From assembly GCA_044226015.1 (NCBI GenBank), contig JBGAHS010000002.1:1223209-1287208 (forward strand): a DNA stretch of 64,000 bases, written 5' to 3'. A program made the position numbers and the translations under genes. The DNA comes from Candidatus Obscuribacteraceae bacterium. Lineage in GTDB: Bacteria; Cyanobacteriota; Vampirovibrionia; Obscuribacterales; Obscuribacteraceae. The stretch's first letter is position 1. The number at the start of each line of letters is the position of its first letter. The notes under the pieces are model-generated. The model was not told where the DNA came from, made no database searches, and saw only the letters and a program-made list of their open reading frames with translations. Below are positions 28,476 to 38,238 of this stretch, one piece after another.

Positions 28476-29726
28476 ATGAAAATCACAAGAAGACGTTTTG
28501 TTCAATCTGGTATCACCGCATTTGGTGCCGCACTTGCTTCAAGCCAATTGGTCAATCTTCTTGCACAACAAGCCCAAGCCGCACCGCGCAACGCTGGTGC
28601 TTCAAGAATTCTGATATTAGTGCAAATGTCTGGTGGAAACGATGGGCTCAACACTGTGATTCCATATGCTGACCCTGCATACCTCAAACTGCGCCCCAGC
28701 ATCGGCATAAAACCAGATGCCGTTTTAAAATTAGATGACAAATTTGGCTTGAATCCCAATCTTGGGCCACTTGAACAGTTGTTCAAAGACGGGCACCTGG
28801 CGATTGTTCAAGGAGTTGGCTATCCAAATCCAAACAGATCACATTTTCGCTCGCTAGAGATATGGCAAACAGCAGAACCGAAGAAGGTAAAAGATACGGG
28901 CTGGATCGGTCGCTATTTAGACCTGGCGAATGCCGGCAACAACCGCATCGATAATATTTTCCCAGCAATCAATATCGATTCAATTCCACCAAAAACCCTA
29001 TCGGCAGAAAAGGTGATTGTGCCTTCGATAAATGATATTGCCAGATTCAGTTTCAAAACAAATCCGCGCTATGAGGCTGATCGAAAAGCACAAATCGAAG
29101 CATTCAACGCTATTTATGAAAAGTATCAACTGAACCGACCTTATATCAACGAGTTGCGAAAGGTAGGTTTGGACACTACCGGTGCTTCAGATTACTTCGA
29201 AAAACTGGTGACACAAAATCCTGGTAGCGCAAAATTTCCAAACGATGGCTTTGGTAAAGCAATGCGATTCATCTCTCAACTAATTGTCGGTGGCGTTAAT
29301 TGCTCGATTTACACGCTCTCACTCGGTGGCTTCGACACTCACACCAACGAAGTCAACGCGCAGGGGCGGCAACTCAGAACTCTTGGAGAATCGATCAAAG
29401 CCTTACATGACAATTTGAAAGAGCACAAGTTAGACAAAGATGTGGTCGTGATGACATTCTCAGAGTTCGGCAGACGTGCGGCTGAAAATGGTGGCAGAGG
29501 AAGCGACCATGGAGCAGCTGCACCGATGTTCGTAGTGGGCTCTCAGGTTAAAGGCGGCATTGTCGGAGAACACCCAAGTCTGACTGAGCTGGAAGATGGT
29601 GATCTGAAATACAAGATGGATTTCAGAAACGTCTACGCAAGTGTTTTAGACAAGTGGCTTAATGCTGACAGCAAGATTATTCTTGGCGATAAGTTCGATA
29701 ACCTTGAACTCTTTCTTAAGACTTAA
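28476..29726 (+). CDS. DUF1501 family protein with a Tat signal
   Basis: TRRRF Tat motif; GGNDGLN, RSHF, GGFDTH, SEFGRR and GSDHG. Confidence 0.9.
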   Translation: MKITRRRFVQSGITAFGAALASSQLVNLLAQQAQAAPRNAGASRILILVQMSGGNDGLNTVIPYADPAYLKLRPSIGIKPDAVLKLDDKFGLNPNLGPLEQLFKDGHLAIVQGVGYPNPNRSHFRSLEIWQTAEPKKVKDTGWIGRYLDLANAGNNRIDNIFPAINIDSIPPKTLSAEKVIVPSINDIARFSFKTNPRYEADRKAQIEAFNAIYEKYQLNRPYINELRKVGLDTTGASDYFEKLVTQNPGSAKFPNDGFGKAMRFISQLIVGGVNCSIYTLSLGGFDTHTNEVNAQGRQLRTLGESIKALHDNLKEHKLDKDVVVMTFSEFGRRAAENGGRGSDHGAAAPMFVVGSQVKGGIVGEHPSLTELEDGDLKYKMDFRNVYASVLDKWLNADSKIILGDKFDNLELFLKT

Positions 29727-30130
29727 GAAAGGGACTGCTTTAACAAAGAAATCTTGACCACAGCACTTGAGGAGATTGAATCTGCTCATCCTGATTTGAG
29801 AGATTTGATTATCTTCCGATTCCCCCAACTGATTCCTGAGCAAAACGCAAAAGCTACTTTCTGCAATCACTTCCAGCCCTAAGACAGAAGCTTCTTGCTT
29901 CGTTGTTTTGGACTGCGAATCTGAGAAAAATGAAAAGTAAGCTCGTCGATTCTCTGCTCGGGGTGCTCAGTGCGTCGCCTGTAGCGCTAGCTGTCGCTAC
30001 CAGGGCGATCGCCCCAGAGCACGTCAGGCGGGCGATAGGACAGTTTCTCTGCAAGAACAGCATTAAAAACTTCTGACACTGATTGGTGGTTTCCGCAAAT
30101 CAGTGTAACCCCGTTCCGAAAGGAATTCAC

Positions 30131-31291
30131 ATGAATCAAATCAGACGAACCGTCGTAGCAGGGCTAATCGTCCTCTCCTGTGCCGCAGTCACCATCCTGA
30201 TGTTCGCAGCAACACTCCGCATGGAGAACGGTGCAGCAGAACGTCACTGGGACATGCGGGTCTCCGATACGCTTCCACTGCAGCTCATGGACGAGCTGAC
30301 TGGAGAGCTGACACGGACCGTACATCCCAACCCCAAGACCGGCCGTCCTGACTTCATCGAAGTGGGCTACAAAGATGGTCGGCTAGGCACTTACCACTTC
30401 GATAACGGTCACCTCAGCCGTTATCAAAGCTTCGAAGCAGACAAGACCCTCCGCTACGAAGCTGAATACGACGCAACTGGCGCGTTAACCGGATATCGCT
30501 TCTTGCGCAAGGATGGAACTCAGGAAACCGTTTACCGACGCAACTTGAGCGGCTCTGAAGAGCTGTCATTCTTCGATGCAAAAGGTCTGTGCATCAAATC
30601 AGTGGTCACAGCGGCCGATGGCAGCCAGACCATCAGCGTCAGGGATGCCGCCACCGCGCGCGTCAGCAACACGAACAGTGATGCCAGCGCGAGCGAGAAG
30701 GAGTTCTACCCCGTCGAAACGGAGAACGGAACGATTCACCAGCTGAAAATGAAGCTGCAAGGCGTCAGACTGAAGAGCTGGGAGTATCGCAACAAAGAAG
30801 GCACCCTTCTCCATACTGGCACATTCACCGCAGATGGTGACATCGAAATGACGATCTATTCTGCGGGCAAAGCTGTGCTCAAACAGACCTGGACCGGCAG
30901 CGGCGAGGACTGGACAAGACGATACTATCGACTTTCCATAATTCGCCAGCTCGACGGCTCTGGCGAAGTGGCCTCCGAGGCAAAGCTTCAGGCTGACGGC
31001 AAAACACCGTTGGAAATCAGCACCTTCTACGGCGGGAGAAAGAACAACACCAACCATTACGACAGCAACGGCTTCCACTACCGCACCAGCTACTACGACT
31101 ACAGCGGCTCACCATCCTCTAGCTACGAGATTCCTGCGCAATACCGGCGCCAGTCCAAATTCTCGCCACTAGTTCTTGGGGAACCCAGCGACGGCAAACA
31201 ACCTTTGTACCGCTTACGCGGTGTGCCTTACTCGTCCGCGCCCGAGGAAAACGCCGGCCCACTGCCAGCCTTCTTCCTCAACGCGAAATAA
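30131..31291 (+). CDS. Membrane-anchored beta-hairpin (MORN/YwqK-like) repeat protein
   Basis: AAAGGA RBS; TM anchor; YEAEYDATG, SWEY, GEDW, FFLNAK. Confidence 0.75.
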   Translation: MNQIRRTVVAGLIVLSCAAVTILMFAATLRMENGAAERHWDMRVSDTLPLQLMDELTGELTRTVHPNPKTGRPDFIEVGYKDGRLGTYHFDNGHLSRYQSFEADKTLRYEAEYDATGALTGYRFLRKDGTQETVYRRNLSGSEELSFFDAKGLCIKSVVTAADGSQTISVRDAATARVSNTNSDASASEKEFYPVETENGTIHQLKMKLQGVRLKSWEYRNKEGTLLHTGTFTADGDIEMTIYSAGKAVLKQTWTGSGEDWTRRYYRLSIIRQLDGSGEVASEAKLQADGKTPLEISTFYGGRKNNTNHYDSNGFHYRTSYYDYSGSPSSSYEIPAQYRRQSKFSPLVLGEPSDGKQPLYRLRGVPYSSAPEENAGPLPAFFLNAK

Positions 31292-31372
31292 CAAACTGAT
31301 CACCAGTTCACCTGTCAGAGAGGGAGTGCGCATTTGCACTCCCTCTCTGATTATCCTTTCGAGGAGCTCTCT

Positions 31373-32281
31373 ATGCACTTTTGCAAACCTGCTCTCATCA
31401 GAAATCCGGTTGGAGGTTCAGCGAATACGTTCATGTACACCAGCCTTCTGAAAGAGCTGGCGGGGCATAAGTCGTGTGTCTTAGACTACACCACCACACC
31501 AGAGCCACGCTCAGCCTACAATCACGCCACGGACGCCATCGCCCGCGGTGCAGACCTTCTCATCGCGATGGGTGGTGATGGCACTGCGATGGAAGTCGCT
31601 GAGGCCGCGCTCGCGACGAACACACCCATGGCTGTCTATCAAGGCGGCACTGGAAATCAGTTCGCCAGCACCTTTTACCCCAGACTGCCGGCAGATCTCT
31701 TCTGTCGCATGCTTCTTGAGGGAGAACCTCAAGAACTGGACATTCTGCAGCTGAATCTGCGCCTGAACGGAAGCGAAAGTTCCAGATACGCCCTGGTCGG
31801 CTGCTGCTCACACGAAATCGCCAACGCCATCTCGTTTGCTCCCAGAAAGTGGAAGAGAATTTTTGGCAATCTCGTTTATCACTACCGCTGTGGTCTGGCT
31901 TTTCTGAATCCCAAAACGCAAAAGGTAAGGTTTGTTACTGATAAAGCTCAATGGGAAAGCGATGTCCTGACCTGCTCAGTCCTGAACGCATGTGCCATGC
32001 CTCTGCTGCAAACGGGGTCGTCCATCAACGCAAGCGACGGACTCGCCGACGTCTTCGTCATATCAGCAAAAACACGAAAAGAACTCGTGAAGCTGGGCTT
32101 CAATCTGTTCTTCAAAGGACCACGGCGGGTCCGAGAAAACCTGCAGATGCTGCGTACAAACCGGATCGTACTCGAGTCAGACAAAACCTTCGACATGAAC
32201 ATCGATGGTGAGCCTGCCCAAGCCGACCGGGTCGAAATCAAAGTGCTCAAAGGCGCTTTGAAAATGATTGTTTCTCAATAA
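31373..32281 (+). CDS. Diacylglycerol/lipid kinase family protein (YegS/DgkB-like)
   Basis: NPVGG, GGDGT, GTGN, DG and NIDGE motifs; GAGGAG RBS. Confidence 0.85.
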   Translation: MHFCKPALIRNPVGGSANTFMYTSLLKELAGHKSCVLDYTTTPEPRSAYNHATDAIARGADLLIAMGGDGTAMEVAEAALATNTPMAVYQGGTGNQFASTFYPRLPADLFCRMLLEGEPQELDILQLNLRLNGSESSRYALVGCCSHEIANAISFAPRKWKRIFGNLVYHYRCGLAFLNPKTQKVRFVTDKAQWESDVLTCSVLNACAMPLLQTGSSINASDGLADVFVISAKTRKELVKLGFNLFFKGPRRVRENLQMLRTNRIVLESDKTFDMNIDGEPAQADRVEIKVLKGALKMIVSQ

Positions 32282-32291
32282 TTCAAGTCCC

Positions 32292-32328
32292 TAAGCCGAG
32301 TCCCTACGAGGGTCTCGGCTTAACTTTT
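32292..32328 (+). terminator. Terminator-like hairpin
   Basis: TAAGCCGAG...CTCGGCTTA followed by ACTTTT. Confidence 0.65.
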
Positions 32329-32345
32329 GCATTGAAAGTGTTGCG

Positions 32346-33131
32346 ATGTTTGCTAGAACCAAAACAGTTATTTCAGGTTCATTCATTGGTCGATTGGTTG
32401 CTTGCTGCAAAGACAAGTACAAGAAAGAAGTCGAACTACGCCTAACAAGCGGTTACATCGCGCCGGTGTCACGATGGCTGCTTATTCCAACCCGAATTAT
32501 CACCGCCTTCTGGTGCTGGCTTCAACTGGGTCGAATCAGTCTGATCAATTCGGACATCTGCTTCTCCAAGCAACGGCTGATTTATTGCCCCAACCACAGC
32601 AGCTACTTCGACGCCCTCGTCATGCACAGCATCACGATGGGACCAGTCCACTACATGAGCGCCGTTGAAGAACTTCGTGGACTCTTCGGATTGAAAGCGC
32701 TACTCTTAACCGCGGTTGGCTCTTTCGCAGTCGATCGTTCGAAAGGTCGCACTGTTATTGCTCCGGCGGTGGATACGCTGGTCAGCGGTAAGCAGCTGCT
32801 CATGTTTCCGGAGGGTAAAATCCACATCACTGGAAAGTTTGGCCCCTTCAAACCAGGCGCTGCTGTGATTGCTGGTCGAGCCTGTGAGCATCTCGAAGCA
32901 GGAACACCCGTCGGCATCGTGCCAGTGCACATCAGCTATGGAAAGCGCGATGTTGAAACTGGCAGCACTTACAGCTTCTTTAAGATGGGATTCTCCTGGC
33001 GAGGAGGCGTGAAGGTATTCTTCGGAGAACCGATCTGGGTTAACGAACTCCAGGAGCTGTCGGCAGACGAAATCATGGAAAAGGTGCGACAGGGCATGCT
33101 GAAATTCCCGTCTGAAACAAGCGGTGAATAA
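32346..33131 (+). CDS. Lysophospholipid / 1-acyl-glycerol-3-phosphate acyltransferase (PlsC family)
   Basis: NHSSYFD (HxxxxD), VDR, FPEG and IVPV motifs. Confidence 0.85.
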   Translation: MFARTKTVISGSFIGRLVACCKDKYKKEVELRLTSGYIAPVSRWLLIPTRIITAFWCWLQLGRISLINSDICFSKQRLIYCPNHSSYFDALVMHSITMGPVHYMSAVEELRGLFGLKALLLTAVGSFAVDRSKGRTVIAPAVDTLVSGKQLLMFPEGKIHITGKFGPFKPGAAVIAGRACEHLEAGTPVGIVPVHISYGKRDVETGSTYSFFKMGFSWRGGVKVFFGEPIWVNELQELSADEIMEKVRQGMLKFPSETSGE

Positions 33132-33200
33132 AAGAGAAACGCAAGTATGAAGTTTGGCTCCAAAAGCCAGACCCATGCTTGCTTTCTCTTACCAGAATAC

Positions 33201-33217
33201 TACTACACGTTATACTA
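33201..33217. other. Islet-end motif, degenerate (TACTA-N7-TACTA)
   Basis: CCAGAATAC-TACTA cacgtta TACTA; the upstream CCAGAAT is shared with the 24276 copy. Confidence 0.45.
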
Positions 33218-33388
33218 GACACCCCTTTGGAGCCTGAAGCAAAATTTGACCAAAGCCACAAGTCACATCACGCTAAAGCGACGACGATGAATGACCAGAC
33301 CTCTTTTCTTCAGTCCTTCTTAGCTAAAAGTTGCGCAATAATGTATTCAAAAGAGGCTCTCCCAGAGAGCGAATGCTACAATTTGGCA

Positions 33389-35329
33389 ATGCCTAAGATA
33401 AACGTTTTACCTGACTTTATAGCCAGTCAGATCGCCGCCGGAGAGGTGGTCGAGCGTCCTTCATCTGTCGTGAAAGAGCTCGTAGAGAATGCCATCGATG
33501 CTGGCGCTCATCAAATAGAAATCGCAGTCGGAGCTGAATGCCGAGATATTCGCATAGCTGATGATGGCTGCGGTATGAGTCCTGATGACGCTGTACTCGC
33601 ATTTCAAAGACATGCCACTTCCAAGCTTAGTTCTGCAGAAGACCTGACCAATCTCAAGACTCTGGGGTTCAGAGGAGAAGCTCTGCCCAGTATAGCCTCA
33701 GTATCACGAGTCAGCTGCACCACACGAACAGCAGACGCCACTAACGGCACCAAAGTCAGCGTTGAAGAAGGCAAGATAAGCGCACATGAAACCGGTTGCG
33801 CCATTGGAACAATAATAGAAATTTGCGATCTCTTTTACAACGTTCCAGCTCGCCTGAAGTTCTTGAAGAAAGGCTCCACAGAATTTTCCCATATACATGA
33901 AATCGTAGAACAACTTGCTCTTGCAAATCCTAAGATAGTCTTTCAATTGCTAAATCAAGGCGAAGTAGTGTTGAGAACAAGCGGCTCTGGCAAGCTGGCT
34001 GAGGCAATGGTTGAGCTGGAATTTGTCAAACCATCTCACGACCTCATTCCAATTACCGGAGTTGATATGCGCTTCGGAATGGCTGTTTATGGTAATGTCG
34101 GACGCCCGCCTCTCTGTCGTGGTGACCGCAAAGGCATTGTAACCATCGTCAATAACAGGCCCGTGCGCTGTCATCTTGCGCTCAAAGCCCTCGACTACGC
34201 GTTTTCTGACTTAATACCTCGGGGCAAATATCCGATTGCCGTCCTCAACGTCACGATAGATCCCCACGAAGTTGATGTGAATGTACATCCGACCAAGAAA
34301 GAGGTTCGCTATAGCAATTCCAGCGATGTTTACCTTGCAATTCAAAAGGCCTTAATTGAAGGAACTCGCAGAATGAAGATGAGTTCCGAGGTCGTAGTCA
34401 ACCCGGGTGCTCCTGGCTCAAGCGAAGAGAAAGAAGAGCAGCCGCAGGAAAGAACAGAAATCGCGCATGAAGAGAAGAGTCAAGTAAGTAGTCCTGTTGA
34501 GACTCCTCTCGTGACGCAACAAAGTACGCCCGACCTGGCAATTACAAATCAGTCTTTCCAGACAAGCGACACTGAATATAGTGGCGCGCCAGGCACGCCT
34601 GTAGTTCGCGACACACGCGAGGTTGCAGTCGGAGGAAAAACTTATCAGCGCATTCAGCAGCTTGGTCTTCGTGATCGACTGGTCAGCACTCCTCCAAGCC
34701 GAATTAGCAATCAGTATCCGATGCCATCTGCCAGAAAAGAACCTGCTTTTCCGATAGGCTGGCGTTATGTCGGCTACATCTTCAACATGTACATGCTTTT
34801 TGAAACTCCGGAAGGCTTCAAAATGGTTGAGCAACATATTGCTCACGAGCGATTGTTGTACGAGAAATTAATAGCACAGCAAGAGCTTCCTGGGCGAATT
34901 ACAGAAGCGGTGCAAAGACTCATCATTTCCGCGCCACTAAATCTGGTGCCTTCACAGAAAGCTGCGCTTGCTGAAAATTTGGAATTTATACAATCACTCG
35001 GTTTTGATTTTGACTTCCAACCGAGCCACATAAGCTGTGTACAGGTTCCGCTAGAGCTGGCAACAAAAGACTACGCCGGAACAATTCAGCAGATCTTGGA
35101 ACAAATTTTAAATTGCGATAAAGCGGAATTCTCGTTGGAAGCAACAAAGTCTCTGGCCTGTCAGGCAGCCATCAAAAATGGCATGGTGTTAACAGAAGGC
35201 GAGATCATGGAACTCGTCGCAGCATGGCTAGCTTGCCCACGCAACGATACCTGCCCGCATGGCAGACCAATCTGCCTGACGTTCAGCAAAGAGAAATTAT
35301 TTGATCTCTATCACAAAAGCACGCTCTGA
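33389..35329 (+). CDS. mutL: DNA mismatch repair endonuclease MutL
   Basis: IAAGEVVERP, KELVENAIDA, GFRGEAL, DVNVHPTK, QHIAHER, CPHGRP; start moved to MPKINVL. Confidence 0.95.
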   Translation: MPKINVLPDFIASQIAAGEVVERPSSVVKELVENAIDAGAHQIEIAVGAECRDIRIADDGCGMSPDDAVLAFQRHATSKLSSAEDLTNLKTLGFRGEALPSIASVSRVSCTTRTADATNGTKVSVEEGKISAHETGCAIGTIIEICDLFYNVPARLKFLKKGSTEFSHIHEIVEQLALANPKIVFQLLNQGEVVLRTSGSGKLAEAMVELEFVKPSHDLIPITGVDMRFGMAVYGNVGRPPLCRGDRKGIVTIVNNRPVRCHLALKALDYAFSDLIPRGKYPIAVLNVTIDPHEVDVNVHPTKKEVRYSNSSDVYLAIQKALIEGTRRMKMSSEVVVNPGAPGSSEEKEEQPQERTEIAHEEKSQVSSPVETPLVTQQSTPDLAITNQSFQTSDTEYSGAPGTPVVRDTREVAVGGKTYQRIQQLGLRDRLVSTPPSRISNQYPMPSARKEPAFPIGWRYVGYIFNMYMLFETPEGFKMVEQHIAHERLLYEKLIAQQELPGRITEAVQRLIISAPLNLVPSQKAALAENLEFIQSLGFDFDFQPSHISCVQVPLELATKDYAGTIQQILEQILNCDKAEFSLEATKSLACQAAIKNGMVLTEGEIMELVAAWLACPRNDTCPHGRPICLTFSKEKLFDLYHKSTL

Positions 35330-35783
35330 GCGTTCGCGCACCTCGCGATATTGCAGGCGCTCAGAGACTTCTTCTGCAAGCGGCTTGTCAAGCACAAATC
35401 ACGACTCGCGCGCCTGTACACAACGCCAAGAGCTGTTCCGCTGCAGCCGTGTGACGAGAATGGCTCAGCATGCCATTCTCAACCGCCAGCATTCAATGCT
35501 AACCGCTAGCGCACACTAGTGTAATTAGGTCTAAGCTAATTGAACGAGTGCCTGAAACCTAATAGGTTTAGGTGTTTCCGTAAACCAAACCTTGTTTCCC
35601 GCAGCCCGCGCAAAAAGAACTAGCTAGAGCCACAACGACGCGCATAAATACAGCTTGACACGCCTTCTGGTGTGTCAGGTGCGGTAACAAGGGCTGATGC
35701 GATGACGACAGGTAACGTGGCACACCTGCTCGCGCGTATCAGTATCCAGTCAGTGAAGTAATCGTAAAACAAGGCAAGCCACC

Positions 35784-36869
35784 ATGACTACAAAGCTCTC
35801 CAAACTTGATGTGGCAGAGCTACTTGGACCCACGCCGATCGCTCGCGTGACGGACCGAGAAATCTGCTCACAGCTTCTCTCCCCTCAAACCAAAGCTTTA
35901 CTGGGACAGATCGAAAACATCGTTCATGGCCCCGAACTACGCGAAACCGACTCTCCGCTTTTCCCTGGAGACGAGGTTAGCAATCTGAATGATCATCGCC
36001 TCTACGGTGGTAAGAACGGTTTCATCCGCTTCCCCTACGTTGCGACGATCTACAAGACGACCTACGGCGCCCTGGTCATTAAGCGAGATCAGCACAAGTT
36101 CAAAGTGCTGGCTTACCTCGGTGACATCAGCAAGGGCAAAGCTGAACTCATCTTCATGGCAGCTCTGCGCGACCGTCGCTACGACGGCACGTTGCGGGGC
36201 AACGATTGCGCGCTACTCTCGTTTGCTTACGACGAGAAGAGCAACGCACCCCTGCCTGTCGATGCCAGCTCCGTGGAAGTCTCGGTCTACGCCTTCTCGC
36301 CTGGCTCCCGCATCGTTCATGCGTGCGGTGATGCCGAACTTGAAGCGTTCGTAGCCAGCCCGTTCAAATACCTGGGCGACCCCGAGAAGTTCCGTCGCCT
36401 GCTCGACCGCGCCTGGAGCAGCTATCGCTCTCCTGGACAAATCGGAGCCCCAATCGGCGATATCGCCAAGTTCGTCGGCCCTCGTTTCGACCTCATCGCG
36501 AAAAACAAGGGCTACGATTTCCTCGAGGATGCAGCAAGCCACTACCATGTCGCCATGTTCGCGGCATCCATGGGCTATCGATGCACCTATGAAGACCAGG
36601 AGAAACAGCTTGCAGAGTTCAAGGCTGGCATCGAACGCATTAAAGCGTCCGGCGTCAAACTGACTCGTCAGCAAGAATCGTGGGTCTGCGTCATGCAGTC
36701 CTTGCCGGTCGAACTCATTCCGCCTCAGCTTTACCTGGGCGGAGTCAAATGGCCGCAAGACAACATTTCGCAGACGAACCTGTGGATGAACAAGCCCCTT
36801 AACGATAAGGCTCGCTTGCTAATCCCAGGAGCGATTAAGCGTGACCTGCCTGCAGGCTGTGCGTCCTGA
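35784..36869 (+). CDS. Hypothetical protein, possibly with a GNAT-like C-terminal fold (paralog 1)
   Basis: 361 aa; strong similarity to the next gene; AKNKGYDFLE...HYHVAMFAASMGY. Confidence 0.75.
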   Translation: MTTKLSKLDVAELLGPTPIARVTDREICSQLLSPQTKALLGQIENIVHGPELRETDSPLFPGDEVSNLNDHRLYGGKNGFIRFPYVATIYKTTYGALVIKRDQHKFKVLAYLGDISKGKAELIFMAALRDRRYDGTLRGNDCALLSFAYDEKSNAPLPVDASSVEVSVYAFSPGSRIVHACGDAELEAFVASPFKYLGDPEKFRRLLDRAWSSYRSPGQIGAPIGDIAKFVGPRFDLIAKNKGYDFLEDAASHYHVAMFAASMGYRCTYEDQEKQLAEFKAGIERIKASGVKLTRQQESWVCVMQSLPVELIPPQLYLGGVKWPQDNISQTNLWMNKPLNDKARLLIPGAIKRDLPAGCAS

Positions 36870-37007
36870 TCGAGCACTGGAATTATTCCGGACAGCGGTT
36901 CCCACAAGGCAACTGCATCTAGAGACAGTCGGAGCAAGCTTCCAAGCTTGTTCCGGCTGTTTTCCAGTGCGTTCTCAACAATTCGGGCACGCCCGAGAAG
37001 GAGACCT

Positions 37008-38060
37008 ATGCTCAAATTCAAAAGCTGGAACACAGCTGCGATGCTGGGCGTAACACCTCTTTCCCGGACGCAGGTGACAGACGAAATGATCTGGAACCAC
37101 CTGCTGACCCCTACCGTAAGAGCTCTGCTCGGACCGATCACATCTTTCGGCGAGCCGACAGTGTTCGAAACGACTGCCGGTCATTTTCCGGGAGACGAGA
37201 GCACCAACTTGAATGCCCACCTCATCTACGGGCAGCAAGGGTATGTGCGTTACCCCTACGTCTCAGTATGCCACCGCACCGCCTATGGTGCGCTGGTAAT
37301 CAAACAAGATTTCCGCAAGATCAAAGTCAGCGCATGGGTTGGCGATGTCAATGCGGGAAAAGCCGAAATGGTTCTGCTCGTAGCGCTTCGCGACCGTCGC
37401 TATGACGGCACGAAAGCAGCGAATGACACAGCGCTACTCGGCTTCCCCTACGACAACCCCGTCAACAATCCGCTGACGACGAGCCTCAACTCGCTGGAAA
37501 TCTCAGTTTACAGCTTCTTGCCGGGTTCGAAAGTAAAGGACGCCTGTGGCGACCATGAACTCGAACTCTTCGTCGAGAAGCCCTTCACCTTTGTTGACCG
37601 GCCCGAAGTCTTCCTCAAGCTTTTCGAAAAAGCCTGGACAAGCAACCGCGGACCCGGCCAACATGCGGCTCCGATCAAGGACGTCTCCAAATTACTCTTG
37701 ACCGGCGTCGAAGCCGTGGCCAGGCATTGCGGATACGACTTGTTGGAAGCGGCTTGCAGCCATTACCACGTGGCTATGTGGTTCACCTCAAACGGCTTCG
37801 TCTACGAGTACGAAAAAGACCGGCAGCTGATGCAAAATCTCGCTGCAGGTCTCAAAAGAATTCGTGACGAAGGCACACCCTTGAATCGCACACAGCAATC
37901 ATGGGTTTGCGCAATTCAAAACCTGCCGCAAGAGCACGTTCCAGCGAAGCTTCGCCTGGGACTGCAATGGCCGCAGGACAACATCCGTCCAGACAGCCTC
38001 TGGGTTGCAAAATCTCTCTCAGCTAAAGCGAAAGAGTTGTTGCTGCCACTCAAGGGCTGA
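37008..38060 (+). CDS. Hypothetical protein, possibly with a GNAT-like C-terminal fold (paralog 2)
   Basis: AAGGAG RBS; shares ALRDRRYDGT, ACGD, SHYHVAM, SWVC and WPQDNI with paralog 1. Confidence 0.75.
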   Translation: MLKFKSWNTAAMLGVTPLSRTQVTDEMIWNHLLTPTVRALLGPITSFGEPTVFETTAGHFPGDESTNLNAHLIYGQQGYVRYPYVSVCHRTAYGALVIKQDFRKIKVSAWVGDVNAGKAEMVLLVALRDRRYDGTKAANDTALLGFPYDNPVNNPLTTSLNSLEISVYSFLPGSKVKDACGDHELELFVEKPFTFVDRPEVFLKLFEKAWTSNRGPGQHAAPIKDVSKLLLTGVEAVARHCGYDLLEAACSHYHVAMWFTSNGFVYEYEKDRQLMQNLAAGLKRIRDEGTPLNRTQQSWVCAIQNLPQEHVPAKLRLGLQWPQDNIRPDSLWVAKSLSAKAKELLLPLKG

Positions 38061-38238
38061 AGCCACTGTTTCTCGTTCGCGATGACGCCCATCGCGCATT
38101 TGCTTGCAGCGTTCAACAAGCTGCGGAAATGAAAGACCCAAATGAAGACCCCATACCTACGGACCAAAGGGGCGCGCACCCGCAGCAAGGCAAGCACTTG
38201 CGGGGGGTGGCGCGCTTAAAGCGAAAAGGAACAACCCA

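Noticed and set aside
22216..31291. Beta-hairpin repeat proteins as Rhs/YD toxins
   Set aside because: They are too short, have no Rhs core DPxG motif or variable toxin tip, and carry N-terminal membrane anchors.
33179..33388. 70-aa N-terminal extension of MutL in the ORF track
   Set aside because: MutL homology begins at MPKINVL (33389). The extension covers intergenic sequence that includes the islet-end motif.
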